Below are positions 1 through 13,483 of a DNA stretch of 64,000 nt, one piece after another (the stretch's first letter is position 1; every line of letters starts with the position of its first letter). This DNA comes from Octopus sinensis (Eukaryota): the NCBI RefSeq assembly GCF_006345805.1, contig NC_042999.1, positions 26,164,001 through 26,228,000 of the forward strand, in the 5' to 3' direction. The notes under the pieces were generated by a model that saw only the letters and a program-made list of their open reading frames with translations, searched no databases and had not been told where the DNA came from. The translations under genes and the position numbers were made by a program.

Positions 1-350
1 AAAATGAAATTTACACAAAATATTTTTAGACTGTGTAATGTTAAATCAATATCGAACTGCATTGATAAATTCTCACAGCAGTACCTTATAAAGTTGTGAA
101 CGGACTATAGAACAATGATTTTTGTCACTGACTTATAGAACCTAAAATGTTTAAGTTGTGACACATTATTGCTACAATTCGCTTCAGATTTTAAACACAT
201 GAAAGCTGTCATGAAGTGTCTCAACATATTTTATTTCTCTCTTCTTTTTTACTAAATTCTAGTCATGGTGTGGCCAAGATTACTTTTCATTCCTCCAAGA
301 ACGATAGACCTATACTCGTTGTGTGATACAATTCATATATCTTATTTAAC

Positions 351-383
<33 letters not shown>

Positions 384-1024
384 ATATTATATATATATAT
401 ATATATATATTAAAATTAAACTAAAGTATTACTTTCTAGCTTAGCTTCATGTCAGGTCTGCTATATGAATGATTGATCAAAAGAAATTCAGCTATGGCCA
501 TATCGTGTGATTAGGAGTCAGGGTAATCATTTCAAATGCTTTTGTATACTACTTAACGTCAATGGTCTGATGTATAATGACTTAGATAAAAAAAATGCAA
601 GTAACGTTTTGTGTAATAGTGTAAATTTGTGACGAAATACATGACCATAATTATTTCACGCTACATGCAGCAAATTAGTGAATTCATTTGAGTACAAGAT
701 TTTATGCATCAAATGTGCTCTGACTGTAATGTAGTTTTATAAATTTAAAGCCTAGAAATTACAGACAGATGGTGGTGCACTGAGATCGAGGGAAGGATAC
801 GAAGAAGGAGAGGAAGGAGCGTAAAACAGATAAAAATAATGAGAGAGTACTCGATGGATTCTGACATAGTCAGAGAAAGAGTAAGATGGAAAGTGAAATC
901 AGGATAAATGAGACAGATTAAGAGATTCGCAGAAAATGATAGTAATAGAGGAAAAGAGACTTTGAAAGCGAGTGAGAGAGATAGAAAGCAAGATTGGGCG
1001 ATGACGCAAAAGAAAGGAGAAAGA

Positions 1025-1140
1025 GTGTGTGTGTCTGTGTGTGAATATGTGTGTGTGTTTCTGTGTGTGTGAATCTGTGTGTGTGAATCTGTGTGTGTGA
1101 ATCTGTGTGTGAATCTCTGTGTGTGTCTGTGTGTGTATGT
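1025..1140. repeat. (GT)n with periodic GAATCT interruptions
   Basis: gtgtgtgaatct repeated several times. Confidence 0.9.
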
Positions 1141-2174
1141 GAATTTACGTGTGTAACTTAATTACTACATTTTGAATCTCGTCAAACGTAAAGCCATCGA
1201 CTGAGAAATAAAGCAATATCACTGGGGAAATCTGTATAATAGGAAATATTCAAAGACAGAATCATGATATTGAATGGGAAGTAGGCACGAGTTTATTTTT
1301 ACAGTTAGAAGAAATACTTGCAAGAATTGTAGGAATGTAATCGCAAAGATCTTTTTAAAATAACAGGATTTCCATTGTCCTTTGAAGCATTGATATTTAG
1401 AGTATATATACATTAGGATACATTAGGAAGCATCTGAGAAACATTTTAGGAGGCGGATTGAATAAAAGATAAATCATCGTATGCTATTGAAACTATGTTT
1501 GTTATATCAGATCGTCCCAGTGAGATATATTGTAAGAGGCACTTTTTTTTTATCACGCTAAATAATGGTAAATGTGGAATCTGTATACTTTAATAATGAT
1601 CTGTGGATGGAAGAGTTTGATAAATTAAAGAATATTGAGGAATTTAGAATTTAATATAGGATCGGTGGCTACTTCTAAAGCCGAACGTGAGGAATATAGA
1701 ACAAGTAGTTTTCTTTTGATTGAATGAAGGCAAAGATAATAAATGTTTGAAGAAATTGGCGTCGTTGTGCATCATCAAAAATGTATACAGTATTCGTGAC
1801 TATACAAACACATATAATCAATGTATTATAGTAAACATAGGCATCGATATGTCTATAAAGGCGTGTGAGTTTCATATCGAAATTCTCAAAAGAATATATA
1901 AATCGTAGGTGATGAAATTTAATGCCAGAAAAAGCACCGTTACACTTTGCTTTCTTCTTCAGAGACGAGTAGTTTTTACTGGTGTCAACTGCTTAGAATT
2001 GTCCTTACAATGTAGAAGTGAGGCTTACCAATACTGCGAGCTTGGCACTAAAGTGAAAGGGGAAACCTGTATAATGAAGAGTGTGATAGTAATCATAACA
2101 CTTTCTAACGAGATTGCGAAGTTAGCGTTAAAAATTTGAATACCATTAACAAAATTTATATGTAATAGTCGTAA

Positions 2175-2178
<4 letters not shown>

Positions 2179-2253
<75 letters not shown>
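2179..2253. repeat. (AAT)n microsatellite
   Basis: Direct reading. Confidence 0.95.
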
Positions 2254-2255
<2 letters not shown>

Positions 2256-2574
2256 AAGAATCATTTCAAAATGAAGTGATATTAGTGAAGAAAAGGTTGA
2301 AATGCAGACAGATTGTATGAATGTTGAGGTTAAAATATATATGTTTATAATGCCGCATGAAAAATGTGTTGGACGTGCTGATAGAGGAAATAAATGAGAA
2401 GTCTATAGCTTTCTAACTATAGTTTGACAGGACAATAGAAAACGTGAATTTGAACGCCTTATAAATTGGTTGGCATCGTTTGAAGCTTGAAATATATATA
2501 TATATAAAATGTAATATGTTGATCACTGTTATACATTTCACTAGCTTGGATTGGGTTGAGCATAAAAGATGCTT

Positions 2575-2803
2575 GGCGAGCTGGCAGAAACGTTAGCGCG
2601 CCGGACGAAATGCTGAGCGGTATTTCGTCTGCTGCTAAGTTCTGAGTTCAAATTCCGCCGAGGTCGACTTTGCCTTTCATCCTTTCGGGGTCGATAAATT
2701 AAGTACCAGTTACGCACAGGGGTCGATGTAATCGACTTAATACCTATGTCTGTCCTTGTTTGTCCCCTTCTATGTTTAGCCCCTTGTGGGTTATAAAGAA
2801 GTA
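2575..2803 (+). mobile_element. tRNA-derived SINE, family A
   Basis: ggcgagctggcagaaacgttagc...gagttcaaattcc...ggggtcgataaa; many homologs in this window. Confidence 0.85.
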
Positions 2804-3473
2804 GGTATAATAAATGGTGAAATTTATGCGCGGAAGTTGGACAGGCGGGAATTATTGTTTATGGCATGGTGAGGAAAACAGTGATGAAAGAAATAGGGAA
2901 TAAGGAACGGGTGGGGTAGAGAAGAGACGAGATGGAAATGAAGACGGGGGAAATAAAGACAGAGGAAGAGAATAAGAGAAAAAAATACAAGTCAGAAGAG
3001 TATAGGATAGTTGAATAAAATTATTACTGTGATTAGAACAAGAACGTAGAAATAGGAAAGAAAAAGGTAAAGGTAATAGTTCGTAATAATGCATGAAGAC
3101 ACGGTTAAAACATCTACAAAGCCGAAAACCACAGAAAATGGTAAGTGAATGCACGGGTAACTTTTAAATTGGAAATTCAGTGGGAAATGTGTGTGGCCAA
3201 GAGGTTGTGTTGCGTATGCAGAAGCGATCAATGAGAAACTTAGCAAAATTGATGCAAAACAGTGTTCCAGGGGGATCAAGGAAAAGTAGAAAGAGTCGAA
3301 GAAAATTAAAGGGTAGCTCTCACTGGGTAGTTCTGCATATTTATTTAACAAATACTTAATTATTATAATTGCTAGTATATTGCTACTATTACCGATTCCT
3401 TTTTTCATTGCATCACCGAATTTACTGTATTTTAAAAGTATATTCATGAAGTGAATATCTTCACAAGGAAATC

Positions 3474-3993
3474 AAAATAGAAATATTATTGTTACTAAGT
3501 CTCTCTAAAGGAGACTACTGCAGCGGTACTGGATATTAACAGTTACCGCCAAGCTAATATGTCAGTCCATAAATATAGGACGAAATCAGCTGTTTATTAG
3601 CTCCAAGAGGCCAACGCCTCTAGCTAGCTATATTACACACGAGCCTGTGTCCATTATAACCTTCGGTAGTCTCCTTTAGAGATACTTAGAACTAATAATA
3701 TTTCTATTTTTGAAAACCAGTGGATGTATTCCACTGAAATTAGGTAAACAATACTTCGAAAATACTGTCAGCAGCGATGTCTGCTGGGTTTGGCTACTCT
3801 GCATTGATAAAGGGTGAATACTCTGAAACATGTCTGCAGATGCCTGACCAGCAAGGGGAAACGGCTGACCTCCCTTCTTCGGAGGTTATAATGGACACAG
3901 GGTCGTGTGTCATATAACTAGCTAGAGGCGATGGCCTCTTGGAGCTAATCAACAGCAGCTTTCGTCCTATATTTATGGACTGCCATATTAGCT
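3474..3993. repeat. Interleaved inverted repeats (45 bp and ~114 bp pairs), probable PLE pseudo-LTR remnant
   Basis: 3474-3518 vs 3666-3710 match at 41/45 by eye. 3552-3665 vs 3880-3993 are reverse-complementary. An HHR motif lies between the arms of the second pair. Confidence 0.8.
3798..3840 (+). ncRNA. Degenerate minimal type I hammerhead ribozyme (PLE type)
   Basis: tctgca-TTGATAA-agggtg(aa)tactct-GAAA-cat-GTC-tgcaga. Stem I is 6/6, stem II is 6 bp with G-U pairs, stem III is the palindrome ACATGT. Core C3 and G8 are mutated. Confidence 0.7.
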
Positions 3994-4749
3994 GGAAATG
4001 AAAATAATATCGACTTTATGAATGTGTTGTAACATCGATCTGTTTTCTAAGAAGACAATAAACGCTACATACAGAGACAGAGCGAGAGAGAGATGAAGAG
4101 AGAGATGACAATGAGAAGGAGAGAAAGGATAGAATTGTATCAGATCTCATGTCCCACAATTGAAGAAGGCATGTACCAAGTAAATGATCCTGAAAGAAGT
4201 AAATCACTAGGATGACGAAAGACTTGGAACTGTGGATCTAATATCAATGAAAATGTAAACTAAATGACCCCTCCCTAAAGTGGATGGGTTTAACATTTCT
4301 ATGTCTCTTTTCTGGTGTGAGTGGTCTATGGCATACTTCTCATACCAATAAATGTATACCTATCAACAATGAGAGAGGACTTCATATGTTGGGTTTATGG
4401 AAAGAAGCGTATTATGAACCACATTTTCGTAGGTGATTCAGGTAGCGGCAAGAGAACTTGTTCGCGGCAAGCAACCACAACCTGGAATAAGAGAGATGCA
4501 AAAGACGCATACACCATGGGAAGAAGGAGGAAGAGATGCTATTCACTAGCAGAAGAGGAGCCCCAGTCATAGACAATACATGGAGAATCAAAGAAAAATG
4601 CGGCTGACTACGCCGGGTGTCATTGTATTTCATCAAGAAAACAAACAAAGAAACATCACTGAAAAATAAATAAGCAAGAAAACATTGAACATTGCATAAG
4701 CAAAAATTTTGCCAGGTTTGAATCGATATTAAAGCTTTGCCATATTGTC

Positions 4750-5400
4750 GTTTTAAGTAGTGGGGAACCTAATTTAGAGTAAATTTCTCATACGGGCTAG
4801 CTATTTTCGTGTTTTAACTTGAAGAATCTGGATTTTACTCGTGTTCAGTTGAGTAGCTACAGGGTTAGCATGTGTATTAGTTCAACAAACACAATGTAGG
4901 CAATGAATTTATTTTCTTTATCAATGAGTAACGAATTTCTTGCCAAATGTTCTAACGTAGATGAATGTTCGTCCTTACAGTTAATCTTGTAGCACTATTG
5001 CATTCGTATCCGATATCTGAGAAAAAAGACCATTCATAGAAATTTTGCAAGATGGGGTTCTTTTAAAACCATGCAAGTACCATTATCCTGCCCCAAATCC
5101 ATCAAGATTGTTTTTTTGTTAAATTTCGTAATTAGGTATTAGTGTTTATATTCGGGGCATATATTTCCTAACTCAAGGAATGTATAAGATGGTTTATGTC
5201 TTCCTGTGAGCAAGTTGCGTATCTTCTGATTTCCTCAGGGGACAATTGAAGGTAGAAACTGTATCACAAAAAGGCTGTATTCTAGCAGTGGATATGGGGC
5301 AATGTCTTCTGAATAGTGGTAGCATTAATAAACTTATATTGAACTTTAGTAAGACAAAGTGAATTTAACATCCCATGAGTGGCAACAAAATAAAATCCAT
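4750..5400 (-). mobile_element. Highly decayed L1/Tx1-like RT fragment
   Basis: Minus-strand peptides SLCLTKVQYKF...IQKTLPHIH (resembles ISLLNVDYK...LP.II) and GFG...SCKISMNG. Many stops. Confidence 0.4.
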
Positions 5401-5613
5401 CCTTGTAATCGAACCAGACTGTGGCCGAATTCCTTCTAAGCGGCTGTACATTTGCAAGCCTCTTCCTTCCTAGCTGCCTATATGTACATATATTCATATG
5501 TATGTGTATATACGTATATACATACACATATATACGTAGATACATGCATACGCACACATACACACATACCCACATGCATACATATACGTACATACATATA
5601 TATATATATATAG

Positions 5614-5644
<31 letters not shown>

Positions 5645-6194
5645 CATACATACATATACATATATATATATATATACATATTGAGACCCACCTCGTTGTG
5701 ATTAACAATGGATAAATTTGTCTTCTGTGAGTATGTAATCCCTCATCATATCTCTGGAAATTCATATGTGCTCTATGGATTAGGTCACCTTCTCTGTGAT
5801 GCTATTAGAACTTTTTTAAAATTCTGTGATAAGACTGTACATCATCTTTAAAGAACTTTAATGAACTTTGGAAATCTGTTTATGTTACTTAATTATCTAC
5901 ATTACTTCATGAGTATAGCCTCAACCACTAGGATGTCTAGAGAACTCACATGTATTTTAGCTGATGAGTACGGGACACGTTTATATGCTGTAATTTTTAC
6001 AACTTTTAATAAAGCCTGTCCTTGTATGAAACGATTGTACTAAAAACCTATCCATTCTTGTTGCTTCTTTCTCGCTTATAATCACCCCACATTACTGTAT
6101 TGTTAAAACAGTATAGTTTTTTTTGGTGCATCTAAGTTAGGTACCATATTCAAGTAAATTCATTTAAATTAACTTGAATCTTTATTGCTTTTTG

Positions 6195-6233
<39 letters not shown>

Positions 6234-6652
6234 GATTAACTGTTGAAGTGGACGGACGTCTATTTGTTTCTCTCCCAAGTCAGTAGCAAGCTACACAGCT
6301 TCAAAACTAACTGACCTTAAATATATATATATTTGTAACCACGTGTTTGCCTACAAACCCGTAAGTACGTTTTCATTTAACTACAAATGTATATACACCT
6401 GTTTTTCTTTTAATATCCTCAAACAACCAAATAATCAAAAACTCACACCCTTAAGAGAGAACATTTATATATATATACACTTCTTTAACTCCAAGAAAGA
6501 ATATATATATTTTCAAAAATCAAAAGGAAACAAACAAAAGAAAAACAAACATGACTAATGCAGGCCTGCAACAGACGAAATTGGTCTGATAAGGAAATGA
6601 TGTTTTAATAAACACATGGTTCTCTCTTTCCCAAACAGAAAATCTAAATGTC

Positions 6653-7772
6653 TTGTGTTTGAATGAGATTGCCGAAAAAACATCACAAGTGGTCAACACA
6701 CGATCCGTCAAACAGATTCGTAGCAAGCTGAAACATATCGAAGTATCTTTCAAAATGATAAGAGGCCATTATGAAAAGCTTCTACATATTTTCACAGTTC
6801 AAGAACAACAACAGCTAGAAAATCAGCAGCCACAACAACAACAACAACAGAATGCGCCACTCCTGGTTCCCAGCACAATGGCTGACCCTAACATCGGTCA
6901 AGCACAACACAACAAACAACAGCCACAGCAACAAGAACAACAACAGCCACTCCTCAACTCTAGCTTACTAGATGATTCACAAATGCCAGTATCTTTTCAC
7001 CGCTCTCACAGCAACCACCACAATTATCATCATCATCATCACCACGCTGCCACCATCGTCTTCTATCACCAAAAATACCAAAAAACCAAATAAGAAACCA
7101 CTGCCCTCTTCCCCCACATCACACCTCAATACTACTGCAGTAACAAAAACTTAAAGAAAACATAGGAAGCAGAATGCGCCCCCCACGGCACAAACAAGAA
7201 ATCCCCAAATATGCCGCTATTCACTGCGCCAGAGACTCTGCACAAATAGTGACTGCATCTTCACGCATCTACCCGGCACTAGACGCACTACCGGTCAAGG
7301 CCAAAGCACGCATCCCACAATAACATCAACACCACCAAATAGTAAATCGAAATTCAAAACACACACAACTCGGAGTCTCAAAATCTGCCGGTATTCCCAA
7401 CGTGAGAGAACATGTCTACTGAGTGACTGTCCCTTCACTCATCTTCCAGGGACCCGACGCACAAACAGAAACGGGGCCTCAAGCCAACACACAAACCTGA
7501 ATAACAATAAAAATAGAAACACACCATGCTGCAGTAATGCTAGTCCAGTCTTTTCAGGAAGACACAAAAACAACAACAACAAAAGTGGAAACTACAACCC
7601 TATCCAACAGTGCAACCACACCTCCAGCCAAAAACTGCTCCCGAAACAGGAAAATTCTTTTTTAGCCATGTTGAACATGGCAAAAGAGATACACAAAAAC
7701 ATTCTAGCCATCACTCAACACCATCCTATGCTATTACCCCAGTGCACCAATTCCGCACATTGCTGCCACTAA
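6653..7772 (+). pseudogene. LINE ORF1, interrupted: Q-rich low-complexity part, then two tandem C-x8-C-x4-C-x3-H zinc fingers
   Basis: ORF 6653-7093 is Q/H-rich. Open frame 7155-7772 (no early start codon) encodes CRYSLRQRLCTNSDCIFTH (7212-7268) and CRYSQRERTCLLSDCPFTH (7386-7442), each followed by LPGTRR. Confidence 0.7.
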
Positions 7773-7822
7773 CACACACAAAAAATCCAAGCCCCCTGCA
7801 ACAGTCAAAACCAGCCACTACA

Positions 7823-10742
7823 CTAACCTCCACATTCCTACTCAATGCACAAGGTGTCAGCCCTTCCATCAATGCACAAAAATGGAAGGTCCAATTCATT
7901 GAAGACTGGGTTGGTAACCATTCACACCACATCCCTTTCTTCATTTTCACTGAGACCCACCTTGACAACTCCCACTTGGAAGCCGAAGTGAGAGTGAAGA
8001 ATTTCACAACCATCCGCGCGGATCGTATCGGCAGGAGGAAGGGTGGATTCATTTACGGCAGATGGAAATAGTATATTCTCCAACGGCTACTGTGAATCAG
8101 TCACCGTGCACAACAAAGCCAATGACCTGACAGTAATTGGGCTCTATAGGCCGCCCCAAACACCCATACTGTGCTTTAAAGAATGCCTCAACAGCATTAA
8201 GTGCTTTATTCAACAGTGCCATTCTAGCAACATACTCATGATGGGAGACTTCAATCTACCCTGTGTTGACTGGACTACAAACTGTTTGAAACCAAGCACT
8301 CCCGCCTCAACCGCTGACAAAGAAGCAGCAGAGTCACTTTTCGACTTTACGAATGAGTTTTTCTTGTCCCAACTTGTCCTTGCACCAACAAGACATCAGA
8401 ACATTTTGGACCTAGTGTTTAGTAACCACACTAACACTATACATAACGTTACAGTGGAAAAAACCCTTCTTTCAGACCATGACATGGTACTCTGTAACAT
8501 GAAATTCCACCAGCCGAAAGCTAATCCGAGTGACCTTCCTCCAGCCCACCCATTTGACAACATGGATCTCCATAAAGCCAACTGGGATGCAATCAGGAAC
8601 GAGCTATCAAATGTTGACTGGTCCTTTACACATACACACATCTCCACCAACCATAAAACATCTTGGCAGATCTTTGTAGACACCGTCACAGACATATGTG
8701 CAAAACACTCCCCACCAAGACCTGTGAACAAAAAGTGCAGAATCCCCCAAAACAGAAAAACCATTATCAGAAAAATAAAAAGAACAAACAAAAAAATTAA
8801 CAAACTAAAGCAACACACACATTCGACGGCTATCGCACTGCTTGAATCCAAAAAATATAACCTCCAACAATGCATGAAGACCCTCATCAATAACCAAAGA
8901 TCAGCTGAGGAGAAGTGGGCCATTGAAAAAATCAAACTCAACCCCAAAGTGTTCTTTTCATTTGCGAGGAAACGCAGGGTCACTGTCTCCACTGTAGGCC
9001 CTCTAATTGACGAAACTGGCACTCTCCAAGATAATGCCAAATCCATGGCCGAGATACTGCAGAAACAATACTGCTCTGTTTTCAGCAATCCTGATATGGC
9101 CGATCTGGGCTGTATCAGTGATGTCAACCCCCAACACACTATATCGGACATAACGTTTAGTGCCCCTGATGTCTTAGCGGCGATAAACGAAATAACACAC
9201 AATTCAGCAGTAGGCCCCGATAGGTTCCCTGCTTGTGTCCTGAAGGTGTGTCGACACCAACTTGCATCTCCCCTTGCTAATCTGTGGAGAAACTCACTGG
9301 ATGCTGGCTATATTCCAAAAAACCTTCTGTCCCAGTCTGTTGTCCCAGTTTTCAAAAAGGAAACAAGTCCCTTGCAGTGAATTACCGTCCGATCTCACTC
9401 ACCTCTCATATCATCAAGGTATTTGAGAGGGTGGTGAGATCTCGAATAACCCAATTTCTGGAAAGCAACAGACGGCTGATCTCCAACCAACATGGGTTCC
9501 GTAATGGAAGGGACTGCCTAACGCAGCTCCTGCATCACTTTGAGGACATTTTGAGAGCTTTGGGAGAGGGCTCCAACACCGATGTCATCTACCTTGATTT
9601 CAGTAAGGCCTTCGACAGGGTCGATCACAAGATCCTATTGAAAAAACTATCCAACATTGGTGTCTCTGGAAAGTTACTGAAATGGATTAAGTGTTTCCTG
9701 ACAGACAGATCTCAACATGTTGTAGTTGAAGGGGTAAAATCAAGCCCAGCCAAAGTCAGTAGTGGCGTTCCGCAAGGCACCGTGCTGGGCCCACTTCTTT
9801 TCATCATTTACATTAATGACATTAATGACATCATCAAGCACAGCAACATAAAAATCTTTGCAGATGACTCCAAGCTACAGAAGGTCATAAATGAGGCGAG
9901 TGACCGGACATGCCTTCAGCCAGATCTACTGGCTGTTATCCAATGGGCAGAAAAAAACAATATGCTGCTGAACGAGGATAAATTTGAGCTAATCCACTTT
10001 GGAAAAGAGGATGCCCTGAAACTCCCATACTCCCTTCCTTCAGGTGAAACTCTCGCGGCGTCCAACAACATCAGAGACTTGGGAGTAATTGTGGACAAGA
10101 ACGTGAGCTGGGCCACTCATATAAACACCAAAGTTGACATGGCCCGCAGAATGTGTTCCTGGATTCTCAGAACTTTCCAGTCGAGAGATATCCACACCAT
10201 TATCCTTCTCTTCTCCACTTTTGCCCGACCCCACCTTGAATACTGTTGTCCACTGTGGTCTCCCCACACAATACAAGGTATCATAAAAGTTGAAGCACCT
10301 CAAAGGGCAATCACAAAAAAGATAGATGGCATGACAGGCCTCGACTATTGGGGTCGACTAGAAAAGCTAAAACTCTATTCTCTCCAACGTCGTCGTGAGC
10401 GCTTCATCATCTGCATGATGTGGAAAATATTCCATCAGCATTGCCCAAATGATGTTGGCATCACCTTTAAGGTACATCCAAGGCTTGGGCCCCGTGCCAT
10501 CCGCCCAAAACAAAAATCGCACTCTCATCTCATAACAACAATACGGCACAATTATTTCACCTCAATTGGCCCCGCTCTCTTTAACATTACACCAACACAT
10601 TAAAACAGAAACTGACCCTATAGGGTTCAAGAAGTCTTTGGACAGATTCCTTCAAGAAATCCCGGATAAACCCCCTACACCCGGATATGTCTCTGTAAAC
10701 AATAACTCTCTACTTGAGTGGGCCATAGTGCCCAAATTCTGA
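7823..10742 (+). pseudogene. LINE ORF2 (AP endonuclease + reverse transcriptase) with three frameshifts
   Basis: Pieces in ORFs 7610-8071, 8043-9380 and 9284-10603, then a C-terminal frame KTETDPIGFKKSLDRFLQEIPDKP...NSLLEW ending TGA at 10740-10742. Shifts near 8048, 9356 (A5 run where KKG needs A6) and ~10592. Confidence 0.9.
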
Positions 10743-10837
10743 CTTGAAAGACTTCACCAGGTGGTGCTATTAAGATAGACATGGCCTGGGCCAATAATGG
10801 CCGAAACCTATCAAAGTATCAAAGTATCAAAGTATAT

Positions 10838-10910
<73 letters not shown>

Positions 10911-12329
10911 TATATATATATTATATATATATATATATCCATATATATATATGTGTAAAGAACGAATAATAGCTCATTAGTATTGAAGTTACCTTGAAGA
11001 TATCTTCTATTGATTATACTAATATTCTCTTTCAGCTTTGCTTCTATATTTTGATTAATTTTTTCAAGCAACGAGTCGTATTTCATGTTTGTTTTCTACT
11101 CTTAAGGTTTCCGCAGTAAGAACATATTGGAATATATGACAACATTATTTCAAGGTAATCTATATTAGACTGAATTTTATTAATAGATTGTATTGATTAA
11201 CAAAGCTCGTAGGCTATGAACTTTTTTTTTATTATTTATAGCATAACGTTTATCCGGATGTCATCGTATTTCATTTATAGATATTTATAAATACTCTAAA
11301 CAAAGGTAATTTCTAATCTTAGGTCGACATGAATAAATGAGACAGTACATCCATTCCTGACACAGATTAAAATATTAGACATGTTGGGAAAGACATACAT
11401 CATTAGATATGTTGATTCAGCTGTCGTATCAAACGACTAATTATCATTTTGTAAAACATAGAGTTGGTCTTAATTATATTTAGTTCAGACAAATATTGGT
11501 GAAGCGAATGAACAGGAAAAAGAAAAGGAACAAAGGAACACAAAAATCTGCTTCGGTGTATTGATTAATGTAATATCTGAATTACATATTGGTTTGCTCT
11601 ATTTCTGGTTCGTATTCGGTGTTATGAAAAGGCAAATAACTTGTAGAGTTGTGTAAATTATGAGGTATTTCAACTGTGAAAGTAGTTCGATGCACCGGCT
11701 AAGATGATACATTTTCCCTTTTACGTGGTTTTGAATTTTTCTCACATTAATGATTGAAGTGCCATCAAAAACCATTTAACGTTGTTGATGACATTTACGC
11801 AATATATACTTACTATATGAAAACGATAGACTCAGCAGCTGTGAAACAAAATCTCATTCATAATAGATTCTCTCGCCAGGTACGGCAATATTTGATGCCA
11901 CTTACCACGAGAAAGAATATATTTTGTTATCAATAAAATTTCTGAAACCTTATTTATAATGTTGAATAAAAGACAGGGACAGAATTAAACAAGTAAGACG
12001 ACCATTTTCATGCATGAAAAGTTGTCTGAAAGTTCTCTGATAATATGCCTTGAAATTAACCATTGAGTCTTAATAAATTGGTTGGGGAATAAAGTACCCG
12101 TGGGGATACACTCTATTTTTACATTATCGGCTTACATTTTTTGTCTTGGTGCATTGTTTAAAAGGCACAATTGCTTGTTGCAAATGTCACGTCTGATTAT
12201 GCATCTTTCTACAACAGGACAAAAGTATTTGTCAACCATTCTTGAAAAAGATATTAACCTTCTATGCTATCTTACTTGATGATCAAGGCAGGTTAGGTTG
12301 AAATTTTTGTAACACTTGAACGACCCTGA

Positions 12330-13000
12330 ATGTCCTAAGCGATAAACGAGTAAGGTTATAATATAAATCACTTGCAGCATTTCCTTCCTGATGGAACGTC
12401 AGATAATTTCGGGAAGATTAAAATTTTGGTGTTTCTATTTTTTCATGAAATATAAAAGATTTAGCAAGCATGCACTTCCAGAAGAATACTTTATCTCGTG
12501 TGTAGCCACCTTCGGAAATCACTTCTCGAGCCCCGTGGGATAATAAGAAGCAACATCTGTCTCATCACTAGCAGTTTCACCAATCATATTTATGTTGTAC
12601 AGATTGAAACACCCCTTTAACCTTTTAATTCAGCGTGTTCTAACCTGTAAACCGTTTTCTTAGAATCTTAGCTTTCATGTTCTCGCAAATCATTTCCCGA
12701 ACTTTTAACATTTTCTTCATTATCATCGTGCTTATCGACACGTAAGCTCATGCTTGATGCCACTCAAAACCTAATCGCTTTCGTACATCAGATTTTCTCA
12801 ATGAACATAAGACCCCAGCAGTTAACAGGCGGCATCTTTTTGAGTACTTAATTGTCTCTCTATTGCAAGTTATCACCACTTCTTTAGACCTTCTAAATTT
12901 TAATATGACAAAGATTATTTAGTTATTTGGCGTTAAATGTCTGTAAAACATCAAGTTCAATATCCTTTGCATTTCCTTTACGTGCGACTGACTGTAGTTT
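12330..13000 (-). mobile_element. Decayed Tigger/pogo (Tc1-mariner superfamily) transposase remnant
   Basis: Minus-strand peptides IGETASDETDVASYYPTGLEK, ISEGGYTRDKVFFWKCM and GNAASD resemble the Tigger motifs GE.ASAD...YP..L...EGGY...FWK.MP and GNAAGD. Confidence 0.55.
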
Positions 13001-13259
13001 CACATTATAGGTTCTTTCCAGACACCTTAACTTGTAGATAAACGTATTGGGAATAGAACATAAGCATTCAAAATAAAGATATTGCAAAAATATAGTATCA
13101 TGATAAGGTCGTTTAATGAGGGGAAAATCTGTTGTCCCACCCTTATTAGGATGGCCCTCAGTGGTAGGTTATTTGTTGCACTAGATCTGATATCGAGTAC
13201 AGTTACAGAAGTGTTCTTGATATGTAATGGTGGATATGTGTGTGTATTTGGGTATATAT

Positions 13260-13342
<83 letters not shown>

Positions 13343-13483
13343 AGTAGGCGAATGAATTATCCTAGTATTGATAATTCGGTTAATCGATACCTGGGTAGCA
13401 AATTCACGTCAGAAAACACGGTTGTAGCTACATGCCAAGGGTATAAACCCCGTGTTCTTGTGTGGTAATTTGTATATTTTTAA

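Larger units (their letters stand above)
6231..10835 (+). mobile_element. Near-full-length non-LTR retrotransposon (CR1/L2-type LINE; ORF1 + APE-RT ORF2), flanked by (TA)n on both sides
   Basis: APE motifs (LNAQG, FTETHL, GLYRPP, MGDFN, SDH) and RT motifs (NYRPISLTS, QHGFR, YLDFSKAFDRV, GVPQGTVLGPLLF, FADD, DLGV). 3' tail (AAAGTATC)x3 at 10813-10835. The 5' boundary is inferred from the end of the (TA)n tract at ~6230. Confidence 0.9.

Noticed and set aside
5282-5765. Overlapping ORFs rich in Y/I/C/V/H/T (and similar ones at 23.5-27, 38.7-39.5, 43.4-48.2 and 62.4-62.7 kb)
   Set aside because: Translations of (TA)n/(CA)n microsatellites, which lack stops in some frames.
7726-9202. Minus-strand ORFs 7726-8052 and 8396-9202
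   Set aside because: Antisense shadows of LINE ORF2.
10783-10810. GGCC-aataat-GGCC-GAAAC as a hammerhead
   Set aside because: No CUGANGA upstream; better explained as the LINE 3' stem-loop.
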